A DNA stretch of 64,000 bases, taken from positions 1 to 64,000 of the IMG/VR virus record IMGVR_UViG_3300042884_001120. One strand, 5' to 3'. The notes under the pieces are model-generated. The model was not told where the DNA came from and did no database searches. It saw only the letters and a program-made list of their open reading frames with translations. This document shows, one piece after another, positions 29,544 to 39,424 of this stretch (position 1 is its first letter; every line of letters starts with the position of its first letter). Both the position numbers and the translations under genes were made by a program. The stretch is from a virus.

Positions 29544-29903
29544 TTATTCACTATTACCTAAAAGCTTTTTAAAGAGATTATAGCATGAGATATAATAATC
29601 ACACATTATTGGGTCTTTTGAATCCACGGCGTTATCAAATTCTAGAGTATTTTCTGTAATATCTTGTTGCAAACTCTTCTTGAAATCTGGATTTAGCTTA
29701 GATTGAATAAGATCTAAAATAGGCTCCATATCCTTATCAGACAAATGCAAATTAATTTCAGAACCATCATATTTTGATCCATAGTTGAAATTGATTTTAA
29801 CCTCTACAGGAGGATGCCTAAAATTGGTATCAAAAGGCTCACCTGAAAAATCAGAGAAGTAAATTGCTTCTTCGTTCTGTTTTGGCTTTAGTATCTTCTT
29901 CAT
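29544..29903 (-). CDS. Hypothetical protein
   Basis: ORF track. Confidence 0.6.
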   Translation of the reverse strand: MKKILKPKQNEEAIYFSDFSGEPFDTNFRHPPVEVKINFNYGSKYDGSEINLHLSDKDMEPILDLIQSKLNPDFKKSLQQDITENTLEFDNAVDSKDPIMCDYYISCYNLFKKLLGNSE

Positions 29904-30796
29904 GATTTGTTTAACTTGTTATAGATGTCATCATATGCTCCAAGGTTATAGAGATATTTCTTCTTTTGTTCTTCCTTATTCTTCTTTTCTTGTTCTACGA
30001 ACTTTCTTTCTGAAGCTCTGTAAAAACTCTCAAGTCCAGTGTCAATGATATTATATGTACCATCTTCTAAGATTTCAAGCACCTGAGACAAACCACAATC
30101 AATATCAATACAGAGACCTTTGTTTGAAGTCTCTTCGACATCGATACCATTTCGCATAGGGGTATGTCCACTTACTTGCTTAATACCAGACTCATCATTC
30201 CAGTAAGAACCAGTATAGGATTCCCTTATAGCATCTCGCCAGATCAATCCTCCCACACGATGAATACCACCTCTACACCTTCCAGCAGCACCAAGCTCGT
30301 TGCTGAACTCTCTATCCTCAATAGCTTTTTGAATCTTCTTAAGCTTTATCTCAATAATCTCATCATCCATTCCATAAGGAGGACTTGAGAACCAAAAAGG
30401 ATGGAATCCAGCATGAGAGAACCAAAAGCCATTTTCTTTGTGGGCAAGCTTTATCTTGTCCCAATCATCATTAGTCATAATGCGATTGATAGCATCGTCC
30501 TTGGCTGGGGTGTATCCTGAGCAATTATAGATCTGATCTCCAAGACTGGAACCGGGCCTTAGGTTAAAATGGGCATAATTTATGTCATGATTGCCCATCA
30601 AGTGAACTCGATTAGGCTTGGATAATGACTCTTTAAGCCAGCTAGCTGTTTGACCAGCCTCTACAGCAGAGTCGCCAAAGTCGTCAAAGTAATCGCCTAC
30701 AAATACAATAGTATGTGTTGCATCATACTTTGATGCAATAGCCTCTGCCTCAACCCAGTGATTGTGCAAGTCTCCTATGGCAATAATTTTACTCAT
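29900..30796 (-). CDS. Metallophosphoesterase
   Basis: IGDLH, GDYFD, GNHD, SHAG, GHTP. Confidence 0.9.
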   Translation of the reverse strand: MSKIIAIGDLHNHWVEAEAIASKYDATHTIVFVGDYFDDFGDSAVEAGQTASWLKESLSKPNRVHLMGNHDINYAHFNLRPGSSLGDQIYNCSGYTPAKDDAINRIMTNDDWDKIKLAHKENGFWFSHAGFHPFWFSSPPYGMDDEIIEIKLKKIQKAIEDREFSNELGAAGRCRGGIHRVGGLIWRDAIRESYTGSYWNDESGIKQVSGHTPMRNGIDVEETSNKGLCIDIDCGLSQVLEILEDGTYNIIDTGLESFYRASERKFVEQEKKNKEEQKKKYLYNLGAYDDIYNKLNKS

Positions 30797-30841
30797 TATT
30801 CTAGTAATATAGAATATGTTTTAACAAAAGTCAATATAATT

Positions 30842-31261
30842 TTAACTATAATGCTTTTTTATCCATTCTAGTATTTCTCTCTCTCTAGATTTAGAATAAG
30901 AAAAGCTATAATGTCCAAATATTTTTCTCATTTTTCTTGCGTCCCATTCTTTTTTTGCCCACCATTCTATCCAGTTTTCTACTTTAAATGCTATTTGTGG
31001 CGACACTACTTGTTCATGAAATTTTTTCCAAATGCCATGATCCATACAGTATATATGTCCAAGTTCATGAAACATGGCGGAAGCCATTCTATTATTTGAG
31101 AAACTTTTATTAATATAAATAACTCGTTTTTGGGGGCATGGCGAACATAGCCCATCAACAATGGATCCGGTATCGTTTTTTAATTTTTGTTGAAAACGTA
31201 TTTTTACTGAATAGTCTGCACATATATTTCTAAGTATTTTTTGTGCAGTTATCTTTTTCAT
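30842..31261 (-). CDS. ImmA/IrrE-like HExxH metallopeptidase
   Basis: IYIN...FHELGH...E. Confidence 0.55.
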   Translation of the reverse strand: MKKITAQKILRNICADYSVKIRFQQKLKNDTGSIVDGLCSPCPQKRVIYINKSFSNNRMASAMFHELGHIYCMDHGIWKKFHEQVVSPQIAFKVENWIEWWAKKEWDARKMRKIFGHYSFSYSKSREREILEWIKKHYS

Positions 31262-31281
31262 TACTATTTATTCAAAATGTT

Positions 31282-32490
31282 TTATATTAAAATATCTTTT
31301 CTATTGTACCAATTATTGTCTTTGTCAACTGGCCAGTATACATATTTATGTGGATTAGCGTGGGATTTAAATTGCGCATTTAATAATGGTTTGTATTCAT
31401 ATAGGTCTTGCCTGTAGAGGAGGTTGCCATTAATGTCCTCGACACCTACGTAAATAAATTTAAAGTTATCTGTTTCTGGTATATAAAGATTAAGATTATA
31501 AGTTTTCTCTTCTAATTTAAACCAGTCAGAAGTGTCGTTAATAGGAGGGTTGATTCCTTTTATAGTATTCGGATGCAATTTTCTATTTTTAAAGCTTATA
31601 CCCGCATAAAGTTCATAATCGGCGTGACTTCTTGTGGTTCCTAAATCATATTCACCTAAGTCTACTTGGTTATCTTCTTCTCTTAGCATGTGTCGGAGTC
31701 TTTTTTTACTTTCCAGATCCATCTCCCACCACTGTTTTTCTACTTTGCCTGTTTTTTTATTTTCTTCGTTAAAGTCTGTCCAGTGTTTCGTTCTTCCCTC
31801 TCTTGTGTATTCGTGCCAAACAATAGTTTTATGTGGGTGAAATAAATCATAACCCAACGTAAAGGAACGTATACTAAGACTAATCTCATCTCCAGCAAAA
31901 TATAAATTGGGGTCATATTTGTATTCCTTGCAGTGAATACCAAGGGTAAAGTAAAAGTGCCCACTAACAAATCGTGCCGGAATAGGAGACTTAAGCTGAT
32001 TCCAATCTGAAATTATTTGAGGAAAAAATAAAATAGTGCCAGAATCTGTAAATTTGTTGGCAACCATTTTATATGGTTCAATATTTAATAACTCATTTGT
32101 GCTTGGTTTGTACATTCCAGCATAAGAAGTAATAATCGGCTTGGTAGATTTGGTAGACTTCATCATGCCTACTAACTCTTCGTCCCAATTTTGTGCAAAT
32201 CTGTGATGACTATCTAGTTGCATTGTATATTTTTCGCCATTCCATAGTTTTTGGATAAGGCTTCTTGCCCAACATAATCCCTTACTTTCATACCAAGGCA
32301 CATCTATAATTTGAAATCTATCATCATCTTTAAATTCATCCAAAGATTCATGCTCATCCCTCTGCCAACAAATACCAAAAGTAAGATTTTCTGGATATTT
32401 TGCCTTGTCGAGACAGTCTTTTATGGTTGGTAGTAGCTCCGGATCTCTATATGAAGCTATCTGCACAAAAATTTTGTTAATTTCGTCCAT
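31282..32490 (-). CDS. GlcNAc-transferase (Skp1-Hyp GlcNAc-T/GT60-like)
   Basis: IFVQIASYRDPEL, SKGLCWAR, QLDSHHRF, YDPNLYFAGDEI. Confidence 0.85.
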   Translation of the reverse strand: MDEINKIFVQIASYRDPELLPTIKDCLDKAKYPENLTFGICWQRDEHESLDEFKDDDRFQIIDVPWYESKGLCWARSLIQKLWNGEKYTMQLDSHHRFAQNWDEELVGMMKSTKSTKPIITSYAGMYKPSTNELLNIEPYKMVANKFTDSGTILFFPQIISDWNQLKSPIPARFVSGHFYFTLGIHCKEYKYDPNLYFAGDEISLSIRSFTLGYDLFHPHKTIVWHEYTREGRTKHWTDFNEENKKTGKVEKQWWEMDLESKKRLRHMLREEDNQVDLGEYDLGTTRSHADYELYAGISFKNRKLHPNTIKGINPPINDTSDWFKLEEKTYNLNLYIPETDNFKFIYVGVEDINGNLLYRQDLYEYKPLLNAQFKSHANPHKYVYWPVDKDNNWYNRKDILI

Positions 32491-32543
32491 ATTAATTATA
32501 GATAAACTGCTGTCAAATTCCAAAATAGCGTGTAATATTGTTT

Positions 32544-32888
32544 ATGTCAGCATATTCATTCATTGGAACAGCGAGTTTAGCTACAGGACAGGCCACTCCC
32601 TTTACTGGGGAATGGGCAAACGTTGCGGTGGCTAGAAATATCATGCTTGCAGTTTACGGCAATAAATCCGGTACTGTAAAAGTTGGGGTACAGTGTAAAA
32701 CAGCATTATCTGGATCAGCTGTTTTTCAGACTGGCGGCATCTATGAGGGCATTGACATATATGAATTTAGTCAGGTTGGGTCGGGCTATGCATCGCCTGC
32801 TTTTATGGATTCGCCTGTTAGTCATATTAGATTATACTGTAATGAAACAGGTAATAATATTTGGGGTTACGCAAGTCTACAGAATTAA
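32544..32888 (+). CDS. Putative virion protein ([ST]G-rich)
   Basis: GTGTAA 8 nt before ATG 32544. Confidence 0.55.
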   Translation: MSAYSFIGTASLATGQATPFTGEWANVAVARNIMLAVYGNKSGTVKVGVQCKTALSGSAVFQTGGIYEGIDIYEFSQVGSGYASPAFMDSPVSHIRLYCNETGNNIWGYASLQN

Positions 32889-32889
32889 A

Positions 32890-33339
32890 CTACTTATTTT
32901 TTAAGTGTTTTGAATTAAAGTGGTCTGTTATAATTTTTTGCCACTCATTCATTATAAATACCGCTTTAGTACCAGATAAATCGTTACTATTATTTATAAT
33001 TTCTTCGTTTAAGAATCTTTGATGTTCTTTAGTGTCTAGCATAAAATTTGTTAAATATGCGAAAACTTCTTCTTTTGTGTTAAAGATATAAGTATCATTA
33101 TATTTCATGCTTATATATTGATTATTGGTATACTTTTTCTTTGAAATGTCAAATATTTTAAGAAAAACCGCGTATTGATTTGTATTTTTTATATATAAAC
33201 CAAATATATTATAAAATGCATTTTTTATAATCTTCTTATTTCTGGTGAGAACTAGGGTTGATTTTGGCGCAGCACAAAATAAAATATTAACAACTAAGTT
33301 GTCTAATAGTTCTAGCTGTTCATTGTATTCGCTGCTCAT
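32890..33339 (-). CDS. Hypothetical protein
   Basis: ORF track. Confidence 0.55.
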   Translation of the reverse strand: MSSEYNEQLELLDNLVVNILFCAAPKSTLVLTRNKKIIKNAFYNIFGLYIKNTNQYAVFLKIFDISKKKYTNNQYISMKYNDTYIFNTKEEVFAYLTNFMLDTKEHQRFLNEEIINNSNDLSGTKAVFIMNEWQKIITDHFNSKHLKNK

Positions 33340-33401
33340 GTCGCTATTAAATCATAGCTAATAAGTGATACGATTTATAAAAATAGTGTAAATAATCTGT
33401 A

Positions 33402-34028
33402 ATGAATGTTGTTGAAAATAAAAAGTTGGGACAAGCTCAGGTTTCTAGCTCTTTAAAAAATTTATCTAATATTTCCCCGATTTCCTACTCGGGAAGTAGT
33501 GATTATTCGCTTGGTGGAACACTTTCGATTTCTCGTTCTGACGACTTAACGCGCCCACCTCAAGTGGCAGTTACATATAAATCATTTAATGATATTTTTA
33601 ATACTTCAAAGGTAGCGTTATATGACAGCGTAAGTACCTATAGTGGTACATTACCAAGTGGTAATATAATTGCTGTTAGTGGGAATAATATTTATAAAGA
33701 TTTAATTTTTTCTAAACAAGATTTAAAGAAGCTTGGGAGTAATTACTTACCCTATTCTATTGAATTTAATGGTTCTCCTTATACTGGGGCTAAATCAAGT
33801 GATACTCCATCTGGCTATTTTTCTGAGTTCGTTACTATTAGTGGCGCTGGCCTAAATAGTTTAATAGGGGTAATTGATTGCTCCGGAAATAATATTAACT
33901 TATATACATATGCATCTAGTTTAAAAACTGTAAATATACCCGTAACTCCAGCAAGTGGGCATAGAATTTGTGTTTATGGTAACTGTTTTAGTTTAAATAC
34001 TGGCAATAAAACACTAACACTAATATAA
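33402..34028 (+). CDS. Putative virion protein ([ST]G-rich)
   Basis: GTGTAAATA upstream. Confidence 0.6.
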   Translation: MNVVENKKLGQAQVSSSLKNLSNISPISYSGSSDYSLGGTLSISRSDDLTRPPQVAVTYKSFNDIFNTSKVALYDSVSTYSGTLPSGNIIAVSGNNIYKDLIFSKQDLKKLGSNYLPYSIEFNGSPYTGAKSSDTPSGYFSEFVTISGAGLNSLIGVIDCSGNNINLYTYASSLKTVNIPVTPASGHRICVYGNCFSLNTGNKTLTLI

Positions 34029-34030
34029 TT

Positions 34031-35161
34031 ATGTCGCTAAATACAGAAGAAATTTACAAAAAATTAGGAAATTCATTAGAAATTTCGGTACTGAAAGGCA
34101 CTAACTTATTCGCAACTGGCGCTAATAAAGCTAGTGTTTCTAAAACCTCAGTTAGACCAATTATATCTGATGATTCGTCTGTATTTACGGCGGGTATTCT
34201 AGTAGAAAAGGGTACAAATAAATTCGATTGTACTGTTTTATCTCAAGATTCTAATATATTTTATACATCAGAAATTAGTATTGAAGATACTCAATATGGA
34301 GAATATCAGAAATTTTTGATCCCATTGGGTTTAAAATTGGGAGATACGGATAATGAAAATCTTACTTTTAACCCAGTGAGACTAGTGACTGGGCATTCTA
34401 TAGAATATGGCGCATTAGATTTTAGCGCACGTATTTATCCTAATAATTATTATGGTAAATGTGATAGTGTAATTGATGGTTTATTGTGTGTTTCAACTGG
34501 TAGTGAGGCAGATAAAAAAATAGTATTCGTATCTGACCATGATTTGATTACTGGCAGGGCTTTTAGTGGTTTATATACTACTGGTTCATATGCTACTGGT
34601 AGTTTTTATTCTGGCGTAACTAGCGTAAATAAAACCGGATGTATAGCAAGTGGTTTGGTTGCCAACCCGTATTTATCGGGAGGATTTTTAAGTGGTTTTA
34701 ATGATTATTTAAAACAGTCTGGAAATTTGACAGGAACTAACTTTTTTAATCTTTACGGCAATACTCTTGGAAATGTAAATTCCGGAGTTACTTGGGATGG
34801 CACAATACCATCGGGAGTTCCTTACTCTATTTTTATATTAAGTACTGGGGGTTTTTCCAGTAAAATGCTAGATCTTTCTATATATAATACTGGTATTCAA
34901 AATTTATTTTCTAGCGGAAGTTCTTTTGAGGGGCTGTCCGTATCTTTAAGTGGGGAACTTGATTTAGTATTAAATAATTTATTTTTAAATTCTTATAGTG
35001 GCATTGGCAATGGTATTGCTAGAACCGATAGATTTGCACAGTCTACTGCCTATTTGAATGCTATTAAAGATATAGAGGAACAGAAATATTCTGTACAAAA
35101 TACTTACAGGCAGCTAATTAATACCACCCCATCATCATTAACTACTGGTGAGGATAGCTAG
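34031..35161 (+). CDS. Putative virion protein ([ST]G-rich)
   Basis: Operonic with 33402; ~22 SG/TG dipeptides. Confidence 0.6.
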   Translation: MSLNTEEIYKKLGNSLEISVLKGTNLFATGANKASVSKTSVRPIISDDSSVFTAGILVEKGTNKFDCTVLSQDSNIFYTSEISIEDTQYGEYQKFLIPLGLKLGDTDNENLTFNPVRLVTGHSIEYGALDFSARIYPNNYYGKCDSVIDGLLCVSTGSEADKKIVFVSDHDLITGRAFSGLYTTGSYATGSFYSGVTSVNKTGCIASGLVANPYLSGGFLSGFNDYLKQSGNLTGTNFFNLYGNTLGNVNSGVTWDGTIPSGVPYSIFILSTGGFSSKMLDLSIYNTGIQNLFSSGSSFEGLSVSLSGELDLVLNNLFLNSYSGIGNGIARTDRFAQSTAYLNAIKDIEEQKYSVQNTYRQLINTTPSSLTTGEDS

Positions 35162-35172
35162 GCAAATTTGTT

Positions 35173-35661
35173 ATGCCACAAGCCGCTGTTAACATAAGGG
35201 CAAGAAGAAATTTTTACGCAGAATTTATTGGAGCGCGTAATCTTGCGTCTAATGCTCAATCAGTATTCTCATTAAGGACAGAAAATTTTACTGGTGGGGC
35301 AGACTATACCAACCCTTTGGCTGTCAGATTCGGACAATATTCTATAACACCATCATCAATAGAAAGAGGGGCCGTTGATTATTATAATAGTTTATTAACA
35401 ATGACTTCGCCAACAGAGGAGCAAATGTCAATTATTGGTGGTTTATATGAATTTTATAAAAACAATACCGAAATAGTGGTTAAAGCTTTTTATCGGAGAT
35501 ACCCTGAGAGAGTGCCATCAATTAATACTGAGGGGCAAGCAAGAGTATTTGCACTTAATTTACCTATAGTTCTTCAGATTCCTGTCGAATATACAACCTG
35601 CCCTAGTTTGCGTATATTAAAAGTTGCCCCACCCATTACTGTTTCAATTGAGCAATTTTAA
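35173..35661 (+). CDS. Hypothetical protein
   Basis: Operonic ORF. Confidence 0.6.
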   Translation: MPQAAVNIRARRNFYAEFIGARNLASNAQSVFSLRTENFTGGADYTNPLAVRFGQYSITPSSIERGAVDYYNSLLTMTSPTEEQMSIIGGLYEFYKNNTEIVVKAFYRRYPERVPSINTEGQARVFALNLPIVLQIPVEYTTCPSLRILKVAPPITVSIEQF

Positions 35662-35699
35662 AATTGCAAACCTATATTAGTTAATTTAAAAAAACTATT

Positions 35700-36320
35700 T
35701 TATAAAGAGAAAGCTTCTAGCGTATATTTGAAAGGATTGCCTTCGATATTTTTAACTGCCACTAGCATTTTCGAGGCGATGTCTCGTATTTCTACTTGAG
35801 CATGTTCGGAATTTCTTAGTCTTTGAAAATTAACAAAACTACGAAAATTAAACATTACGTCTGCCTGTATTTGTGAATTGTATGTCTTAAAAAAGCGCGC
35901 CGACTCCTTTGCTCTTTTTCTATCTAGCCCAGCTGCTTCTAATCCAGCCAAGCATTCGTGGTACAGGTCATTGCCAGCTTCTGTATAGGCCTGTAGCTTG
36001 CTTTTCCATTCATCTGGCCAGTCATTGGGTATGTAGAATTTATCCTCTTTTAATTCTTTATATCTTGCGCTCTCGGCATTGAGAGAACTAATCCTATGTT
36101 TTAATAGGTGAATGTGGCTGGCTATTTCAGTATTAACTAAGAAATGCAAGTTAGACTTCTCAAATGGCGTTTCGTGTCCATTTTCTGCAAGCATCTTTAA
36201 AAGATTAGGAATTCTATTCTTTTTCTCTTCTGTTAGTTCTCTACTGGTAGAAGTCCATGCACTACAGGCATTTACTGTATCACCTCCATACCAGCCTATT
36301 AGTTCTACGGTATTATTCAT
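35700..36320 (-). CDS. thyX: Flavin-dependent thymidylate synthase
   Basis: GHETPFE, KHRISSLNAESARY, LRNSEHAQVEIR; start MNNTVEL. Confidence 0.95.
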   Translation of the reverse strand: MNNTVELIGWYGGDTVNACSAWTSTSRELTEEKKNRIPNLLKMLAENGHETPFEKSNLHFLVNTEIASHIHLLKHRISSLNAESARYKELKEDKFYIPNDWPDEWKSKLQAYTEAGNDLYHECLAGLEAAGLDRKRAKESARFFKTYNSQIQADVMFNFRSFVNFQRLRNSEHAQVEIRDIASKMLVAVKNIEGNPFKYTLEAFSL

Positions 36321-36855
36321 TAATTGCAAGCTGTTGATCAATATATTTACCAACGTTTGCTGGTGTATAGGATGGGCTTTTTTGAACTTTCCCATCCTTT
36401 GCTTTAACAAGAAATGACCTTCCCGAAAACTCAACGGGCTTTACTGTATAAAGATCTGGATTTAATTGCATTACCTCTTCTTCCGTAAACAGTTTTGTCA
36501 TGTTTGAATTATGAACCTCTTCCTCAACTGGCGCAATATCTATTCCATAGGCATTCGCCACGCCGTAATTAACGTAGGAAATATCTGCAACCGCATCCGC
36601 TATCCCAACTAGGGATACTGGCGTGTTTTGAATTTCTTTGAATTTAATTTTATTTGTCTTAATTGAGCTGGTATCTAGGGGGGTATTAAATGTATCGAGT
36701 ATTCGAATACTACTTGCTTCGGCAAGTTCCAAAACCTCCTCTAAAAGTAACTTTATTCTTAAAATTCTAATATCTGTAGAAGGTATTGTTGGTATGCTGG
36801 GGCATTCTTGACCAAATACGTTCATGAACTCTTTTACTTTTTCTTGGTAATGCAT
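36313..36855 (-). CDS. MazG-like/PRA-PH nucleotide pyrophosphohydrolase
   Basis: RIKLLLEEVLEL, DAVADISYV, EVHNSNMTK, DGKVQKS. Confidence 0.85.
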   Translation of the reverse strand: MHYQEKVKEFMNVFGQECPSIPTIPSTDIRILRIKLLLEEVLELAEASSIRILDTFNTPLDTSSIKTNKIKFKEIQNTPVSLVGIADAVADISYVNYGVANAYGIDIAPVEEEVHNSNMTKLFTEEEVMQLNPDLYTVKPVEFSGRSFLVKAKDGKVQKSPSYTPANVGKYIDQQLAINE

Positions 36856-36919
36856 ATCTATATATAAATAAATTTTAATAAATAATCAATATAATTTTTA
36901 TTAATTGTGTAATATATAT

Positions 36920-37714
36920 ATGAACTGGATACCATCCCCACCTCCTAATCAAGGGCAAATCCTTCCAGATGGAACTTTTGACCCTATAGAGAATGGCGGA
37001 TATAGTAGATCTAATAGTTTTCAAGAACGTAAATTGAATTTACAAATCCCATTAAGATGGGATTTTGATATTACGTTAGCTCCTGATGTTGTGGGGGTTG
37101 CAGTTACTCAAGCGCCGTTGGTTATTCAACGACAGCAGAGATCAGGTCCTAGTATATCCATAACTGCAGAAGAAAAATTTAAGGTAGTATTAACTCCGGC
37201 CACACAAGTTATTGCGGGGTGGCCACCGGACTCACCCCCATTTAATTCTTTTGCTAGTCTTGGTCCCGTAGCTTCGAGTGATAAATGTCCTTGGGCGAAT
37301 GAAAATGAATTATTAATAAATAATTTTGATTGGGTTAAAAATGTTCGTGATTTTGGGCAGTACTGGCATTCTTTTGAGGCGAAACGTCGTGTACAAAAAT
37401 GGTTAGACGATTGGTTTATAGTAAAATGGGTTAGATTTGCGCGCGATAGTACAGAACTTGTATTATATGGTGATCTTATAGCTTTGGACAAGTATGGTAA
37501 TGTGCTTGGTAGTTGGAGTAATTATGCTAACCAAGAGGCAGCTGTTGCAGCTACTTTGTCTGTTAATTTTAAATTAATTTTATTGTGCCATGAATTATGT
37601 AACTACACATACCTTCAAGAAGGTTCTATAGGTTATTTTTATCGCCAAAGACCAGATAGTGAGGAGGCAATAAATTGGAGCATAGATGAAAACGGGTACT
37701 GGGAAGAACAGTAA
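36920..37714 (+). CDS. Hypothetical late-type protein
   Basis: GTGTAA 7 nt before ATG 36920. Confidence 0.55.
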   Translation: MNWIPSPPPNQGQILPDGTFDPIENGGYSRSNSFQERKLNLQIPLRWDFDITLAPDVVGVAVTQAPLVIQRQQRSGPSISITAEEKFKVVLTPATQVIAGWPPDSPPFNSFASLGPVASSDKCPWANENELLINNFDWVKNVRDFGQYWHSFEAKRRVQKWLDDWFIVKWVRFARDSTELVLYGDLIALDKYGNVLGSWSNYANQEAAVAATLSVNFKLILLCHELCNYTYLQEGSIGYFYRQRPDSEEAINWSIDENGYWEEQ

Positions 37715-37811
37715 TACGGTTATATATACAATATATAAGATATATTCAATAATTTTTACATGAAATATACAATTTAATGTAAAATAAATTTATTTGAATG
37801 TAAATAAGTAT

Positions 37812-38138
37812 ATGTCAATTAGCAAAGAGCAAGTTAACGATTTTATAAAAAAACCAAAGTTAGATAACATCTTATCTGTAGATAATATCTGGAAAGTTTC
37901 CGTTCTTGCTTTTATGGCGGCAAATTTGTATTTACAGCAAAATTATACAAGTAGAATACAGTTTGAGCGCATGGATGATAGGGTTAAAAAAATTGAGTTA
38001 ATTTTGGCACAATTAGAAATTAAAAATCAAATAGATGCCACTCAAACATCTCAGTTACAATCAATTGATTCTAGAATCAGAGATCTTGAAAAAACATCTG
38101 CAGTTTTATTGAGATTAATAGAACAGTCAAAAAATTAA
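37812..38138 (+). CDS. TM plus coiled-coil protein (holin/XhlA-like)
   Basis: One hydrophobic segment followed by heptads. Confidence 0.4.
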   Translation: MSISKEQVNDFIKKPKLDNILSVDNIWKVSVLAFMAANLYLQQNYTSRIQFERMDDRVKKIELILAQLEIKNQIDATQTSQLQSIDSRIRDLEKTSAVLLRLIEQSKN

Positions 38139-38145
38139 AAACAAA

Positions 38146-38358
38146 ATGAAACAAAGGAGCACGGCAGTTAATAAAAGAAGGAAGTTAAGGGCAATTTGTA
38201 CAGTTTTTGACTTACTGCTCATTCTAAGTATAATTGCCCTATTGCTCACTGTTTTATGTATGATGTTTGGGGCCACAATAGGTGCCGCTATGATAGGCTC
38301 ATATGGCTTGGCTGGGTTAGCCGCATGGTCATTTCTTAGGAGTATGCTTAATTTTTAA
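38146..38358 (+). CDS. Small two-TM membrane protein
   Basis: Basic N-terminus plus two hydrophobic helices. Confidence 0.5.
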   Translation: MKQRSTAVNKRRKLRAICTVFDLLLILSIIALLLTVLCMMFGATIGAAMIGSYGLAGLAAWSFLRSMLNF

Positions 38359-39392
38359 AAGTATACAACATTACCAATTTTTTTTAACGACTGATTGATT
38401 TTTGATAGTATCATTGGATCAATTGCTTTTAGTTTAGATATTTCTTCTAGCGCATCTTTGAACATTTGTGAGTTTTCTAGAATATATTTCTGAGATTTTT
38501 CGTCAGAGAAAAATACTGCTGTAAGTCGTTCGTTATTAATTAGCGGCAAAAAGAATTTTAAATATTCTTTGTTTCTTTTAATTATTGGCAGAGATCCTTG
38601 GAAATTGTTTTCATTTGTAAAAAACTCCCGTGTTTCTTTGCCATTTTTTTCTTCAAACAGTTGTTTAATCTTGCTCTCCAAACTGCCAACTTGCAATGTA
38701 ACTAATAGTTTTGTGGGATTAGTTTTTTCATCTAAAACGTCGTATATATCGCCCCCTTCATTAAAAACTTCAAGCGCATAATCTAAACGCCTTGGTGACA
38801 CTAGTTTTTGAGCGTCTTTGGGTAATCCATCCCACCACTCAATTGCTCCATGGGCAATTTTAGTTCCGAATTTATTATTAAAATAATCGAAATCAGGAAC
38901 ATAGGGAACTTTGATTTTAATTTGAAAGCGGTCAATTTGTGCCGAATCTAGATTTTCCACATCGTATGTTTCATCCTCGTCATCCGAGGGATTAATTGCC
39001 GCCCATACTACTTTTAGATTAGGAAATTTTCTGCCATTAATGCTTTTAAACTGTATTAATTCCATGGTAGCATTTCTGACTTTCTTGTGGCTTCTGTTAT
39101 ACTCATCGAAGAACATTGCTTTTAAATTAGTATTGATCATTTGTTTCGGCAATATAAAATCCAAACAAGGTTCATTATTTATTTTCGATTCTTTGGGTAC
39201 ACCAATTAAATCTGTCCATGGGTCTAGGGTACTAGAAGAGAAATATATCCAGTTATTCTCGCCAAATTCTTCATTAAAGATTTTTTGAATCAATGCTGTT
39301 TTACCAACTCCGTGCTTGCCCTCTAGCATTACATTTTTATTTAATTTTAAATAAATTCGAAGTTTGTTTTCTAATTCTTGCGAGTTTAGCAT
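38355..39392 (-). CDS. MoxR-like AAA+ ATPase
   Basis: GKHGVGKT, FFDEYNR, WAAIN, LDSAQIDRF. Confidence 0.9.
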   Translation of the reverse strand: MLNSQELENKLRIYLKLNKNVMLEGKHGVGKTALIQKIFNEEFGENNWIYFSSSTLDPWTDLIGVPKESKINNEPCLDFILPKQMINTNLKAMFFDEYNRSHKKVRNATMELIQFKSINGRKFPNLKVVWAAINPSDDEDETYDVENLDSAQIDRFQIKIKVPYVPDFDYFNNKFGTKIAHGAIEWWDGLPKDAQKLVSPRRLDYALEVFNEGGDIYDVLDEKTNPTKLLVTLQVGSLESKIKQLFEEKNGKETREFFTNENNFQGSLPIIKRNKEYLKFFLPLINNERLTAVFFSDEKSQKYILENSQMFKDALEEISKLKAIDPMILSKINQSLKKIGNVVYF

Positions 39393-39424
39393 AAAGGTAT
39401 ATTATTTCATTTTTGTATAAATGT

